Assembly (NCBI RefSeq): GCF_964204865.1
Contig: NC_135264.1
Coordinates: 6,820,001-6,884,000 of the forward strand
Length of the DNA: 64,000 bases
Source: Styela clava
Taxonomy: Eukaryota
Direction: 5' to 3'
Shown one piece after another: positions 59,667-64,000 of the stretch. Position 1 is the stretch's first letter, and each line of letters begins with the position of its first letter. The position numbers and the translations under genes are program-made. The notes under the pieces are model-generated. The model ran no database searches. It saw only the letters and a list, made by a program, of their open reading frames with translations, and was not told the origin of the DNA.

Positions 59667-60569
59667 CTTGGATAGGTGGCAAGCAACGCAGCTTGCTACC
59701 TAGGTTCGAATCTCACGAAAAGTGTGACAATTTGCGGTAGGATTACTGGAATACTCACCGTCGCGGGGTTACTCCGATGTTCGATTTGAGTTTGCGAGTA
59801 GTGGGACCGCAGGTTCATGATCTGCCCGAATATAAAATCACTCATTTCTCGGAATATTCAAAAACATTTCTTTGCTAACTATTAAATTGCTAGAAATAAC
59901 ATTCTCACTACAGATCATTTACGTTGGTGCAAAGCAGTATAGTCGTCGTAGCAAATAAATGTAAACGGCCAGTTATGACGTTCTTGGCAAATAGCCAAGA
60001 AATATGTTGCCGGACGTTCACATTTAATGGTGTCATAGTTAACATTTGCAAATTCATGCGACAGTCAAAAATAGATAACATACCGAAAGTCAATTACCAT
60101 AAACATTTGAAAATTATTCAAAACGTATTGTTTTGATGAATTTAGCATTTCGTGATTTACTAAACATGCACGCACATGGCCTTTACATTAACAAAGTTTT
60201 ACAAGAGATTACTTGCAAATTTATGCGACCGTTCAAACACAAAAATAAACAAAGTCAGTGCGGTTAACAGTCTGGGTATTTCAAAATTCATATTTTGAAT
60301 AATCAAATATTATAAACCGTTGGGTATTGTCCAACCCTTACTGCTTTGACGACTTTAGCATTTCGTGTTTTACCACATTTCCTGCAATGTCAAAAAAATT
60401 ATTTTTATTAGCTTTCTGTTTTGTGCCCGTGTAAAACAACAACGGTCATATTATATTTGATACATTGTTCATAGATATTGAATTGTTTATTCGTGGAAAT
60501 ATGATCATTTAGTATTAGCCCTTGCTTCATCGGCATTTTTAAATCTAATTATATCGACATTCGTTCCAG

Positions 60570-60940
60570 AAAATATTTAAAGTGATACCAAGATTTTATG
60601 GTCTCATTAGGGAACTGTATAAAAGAGAGTGGAACTATAATGATAGCCATAACAATAATAACAAGATGATACGGGTATTCCTCATGGTTAAACTTGATTT
60701 CAACAACATATTTACAACAACCTTCAAGTATTAATTCAAATTCAATTTTTTTTTTCAAAAACACGTATTCCGAAGTATATATGTTTTCTACGTTCACTTG
60801 TACAATCTCATCTTTTTTGTAAACAGCCGACGTTTTCAAAAAAGTTGGCTAATGTTCCCTGCTTAACAGGTAATGACACAAGCTGATTCCATATAATATT
60901 TAATTGAATGGGAAGATATGTGCTTTACTCGACGAAATAA
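60570..60940 (+). pseudogene. Collapsed lipocalin pseudogene, head-to-head with L2
   Basis: Upstream arm, intron-1-like sequence, then gaatgggaagatatgtgctttactcgacgaaataa (WEDMCFTRRK-like end) and 3' UTR homology. Confidence 0.7.
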
Positions 60941-63763
60941 ATTCGATTAAAAGCCAATTCCTTCAGCGTATTCACTTCATCAAGCATTGTATTTTGTTAC
61001 ATTATTTCATCGTTACAATATGAATACACGACATCCAACTATATTCACATATAATGGTATCTGAATTATTGGGAATTGGCAATTTTTTTCCAGATTGATA
61101 TCATTATCGAACCTGTAATTAGATTCGACGTCGCATCAAAGCAAACAAACAAAATTCGTACTCATCATTCGCAAATTGCAAAATGTTTATCGAAGTTCAG
61201 ATTTGGAATTCAAATATATATTTTGTGTTTGCTAGACAATTGGCACTGATCGATACAAATGTTTATGAGAAATTGAGTTGTTTGACGTCGCGATTGGTGT
61301 GGCGATGCTTACTGGCTCCAAATAGAGTGTGATTGGCATTCAAGATAGGATAGTTGCGCCCATGTACCTCGCTATCTCAAATCACTAGTACACAGTAGGT
61401 CTAATTCTTGAAATTATTAATAAACGAGAATGGGCTATACTGCAGAAAGATGTAGACAAGCGGCGCAAACTGTTTTGGAGCGCCCACAAAAACATATTAC
61501 GGGGTCTGGTAAAAATTAAAAGGCAAACGTTACCAAGAATGCTATTATTTTTATTTTTTGGACGTGGACTTGCTGTTTTGGACGCTGGACTTTTTTGCTA
61601 GCTCATTTTCACCAAACTTGGGTATTTTTCCTGTACCTGCATTTAAACCTTTATTTTACATATTGGTGAATTAGGAAATTTTTAAGTTTATATCAAAAAT
61701 TAACATTTCGTTTCCTGTTTTCTAACAAATCGCGGAAGCAATGAGAAATCCTAGAGTTTCATAACAATTACTCAGGTACGTGAATTGTACTTGTGAAAAT
61801 AAACAATTTCCTATATTTGACATCTTGGAAAATAAAATGTAAGCCAATTTATTAATTTGATGGCGTATCAAGGAAGCTGTTGTACATTAGACGGATATAT
61901 CGGACAATAATAAACTATTTGAACAATTTCTAATATGTTTCTCCTATCGAATTTTGTCTGCATTCGTATTGTATTGTTTATTCACTGGCACCATCCGCCA
62001 TCAAATTATAATAATTTATTGCGAACTGTGGTGCCTGCTGTTAAACTTTTAAAAACAGAGATCCAAACTTTCTATATATATTATAGTTAAGATAAGATTT
62101 TTTTAAATTTATTTTTTTATACTCATACAATCTTTGAGCTCGAAGGCAGTAACCAGACAAATATTTGTCAAGAACGGCATAAATGACCGTTCACATTCGC
62201 TCCGGCGGCCATGGTGCTTTGCACCAACGTAAATGACCTTTATTATAAGAATGTAGTTTCTAGCAATTCTGTTTTTAGCAAAAAGATTTTTTTTTCTAAC
62301 TAGTGGTTTTATATTTTTTCGTGTTAAAGTGTTAAAACGTGTGTAATCTCACTACTTGCCAGCTGGCTAAGCAGGTCTCAATTCAAATGCTTCAACTACG
62401 CGCCCCCTTTTTTACGCCCTTGTTCAATATGAAATTGGTACAGGATGGAAAAAGAGAATGCAGTAAATGCATAAGTAAAAATAGGGTTTTGTTTTGAATC
62501 AGATTTATTTTTTTATCTTTTTTTTATATTTTTTCATTGAAATACCCCTTGAATCGTCGAAAACTAGGGCTAATTTTAAAAATGTAAGAAAAACATTTTG
62601 CTCCGATCCTCACTCTTATCGCGTTGCTTTATCACCAAGTTACAACAATGTTTATTCGACATATTAGGGAGATGTTTTGATTGAAAAAGGCAAGATACAT
62701 CATGAAACATAGCTCACTATCTTGCTGAACACATTCTCAAAGCAAGTTAATAGAAGACTTCGTCTAAATCTGGTAATACCAGAGTGTTATTAATACAATA
62801 TATACTTGAATCGGTGGCAAGCAACGTAGGTTCGAATCTCATGAAAAGTGTGACAATGTGCGGTACGATTACTGGACTACTCGCCGTCGCGGGGTTAGTT
62901 TGCTGTTCGATTTGAGTTTGCGAGTACTGGGACCGCACGTCCAAAACATGAACGAATATAAAATTACTAATTTCTCGGAATATACCAAAACATTTCTTCG
63001 CTAAATATTGAATTGCTATAAATAGCATTCTTACCAGAAACCACTTTCCTCGGTGCAAAGCACATAATCGCCAGAGCAAATGTAAACAGCCAGCTGTGCC
63101 GTTCTTGAAAAGTAGCCCAGAAATATGTTGCCAGACGTTCACATTTAACGGTGTCGCATATATTATATTTGCAAATTTATGCGACAGGCAAAAATAGATA
63201 ACATTTGGAAAGTCAATTACCATAAACAGTTAAAAATTATTAACACGTATTGTTTTGATGAATTCAGCATTCCGTGATTTACCAAACATGCACGAGCATG
63301 ACCTTTACATTTAGCGGTGTAACAGAAAAATTATGCGTCTTTTTGAAATCAAAAATAGATAACTTCAGTGCGATGAACATTCGGGGTATCCCAAATTTCA
63401 TATTTTGAATAGTCAAATATTATAAACCGTTGGTAATTGTCCAACCCTTACTGCTTTAACAACTTTAGCATTTCGTGTTATACCAAATATACTCAAATAT
63501 CGAAAATTTTACTTCTATTAGCCTTCTTTTGCACACAAAAACAACAACGGCCACATTAGATTTGAGGCATTGTTCATGTATACCAAATTGCTCACTTGTG
63601 GAAATAGGGTCATATAGTAATAGCCCTTGCTTAGACGGTTGACTTTGAAAAGCATTTTTTAATCTAAATATATCGGCATTCATTTCGGAAAAAATATTTA
63701 AGTAATACCAAGTTTTCATGGGCGCATTTAAGAACAGTATACCTGCAACATATTTGTACAAGA

Positions 63764-64000
63764 ATGGTTGGAATAATCAGTCCCATATCAGTCTCCTTAG
63801 AACAAAAAAGAGAGTAGAACTATAATCATAGCCATAACAATAATAACAAGCTGATACGGGTAATCCTCATGGTTAAAATTTGATTCGACAACATCTTTAC
63901 AAAAATCTTCAAATAATACAATTTTTTTTTCAAAATATGAAATATTGCGTTTTTTTTCTTGTAAACAGCCTACGCTTTCAAAAAAATTGACTAATGTTCT
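63764..64000 (+). pseudogene. Further collapsed lipocalin relic (runs off the window)
   Basis: ATGGTTGGAATA start as in L1, immediately deleted into intron-1-like sequence; collinear with 60620-60860. Confidence 0.65.

Larger units (their letters stand above)
54710..62135 (-). repeat. Inverted segmental duplication of ~23430-31125 (lipocalin cassette)
   Basis: Collinear reverse-complement similarity covering the flank, collapsed lipocalin, both upstream arms, spacer, all L1/L2 exons and introns, and the 3' flank. Confidence 0.85.

Noticed and set aside
62747-63223. 158-aa ORF with a paralogous start at 25713
   Set aside because: Antisense read of the repeated lipocalin upstream arm; the frame is broken in the other copies.

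Overview
AT-rich eukaryotic genomic DNA with GT-AG introns. It is most likely an invertebrate chordate (ascidian-like); this is an inference from the short-collagen ficolin-like genes and compact introns. The ORF track is mostly noise, so genes were rebuilt by hand from splice sites and reading phase. Left part (1-16 kb): the first two exons of a divergent tropomyosin (minus; the rest is probably off the left edge), a complete 6-exon AMPK beta subunit gene (minus, 258 aa) and a decayed intronless SNRPG copy. Right part (16-64 kb): a birth-and-death cluster interleaving two secreted-protein families. (i) Fibrinogen-related/ficolin-like genes: A (short collagen plus neck, intact), B and C (collagen-less, intact), D (collagen-bearing, chimeric, 1-nt frameshift) and at least 4 relics. 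(ii) An unusual lipocalin: two intact 6-exon inverted copies (L1, L2) and 4 collapsed relics in head-to-head cassettes. The cluster was built by inverted and direct segmental duplication and holds many hAT MITEs (several with perfect 8-bp TSDs, one triple nest), a SINE, a solo LTR, and Gypsy and RTE relics. Best candidates for something undescribed: the co-amplified ficolin-lipocalin locus, the lipocalin with an extra symmetric exon, collagen loss by splice-donor gain, and possible capture of a lipocalin promoter/exon by ficolin-like gene C.
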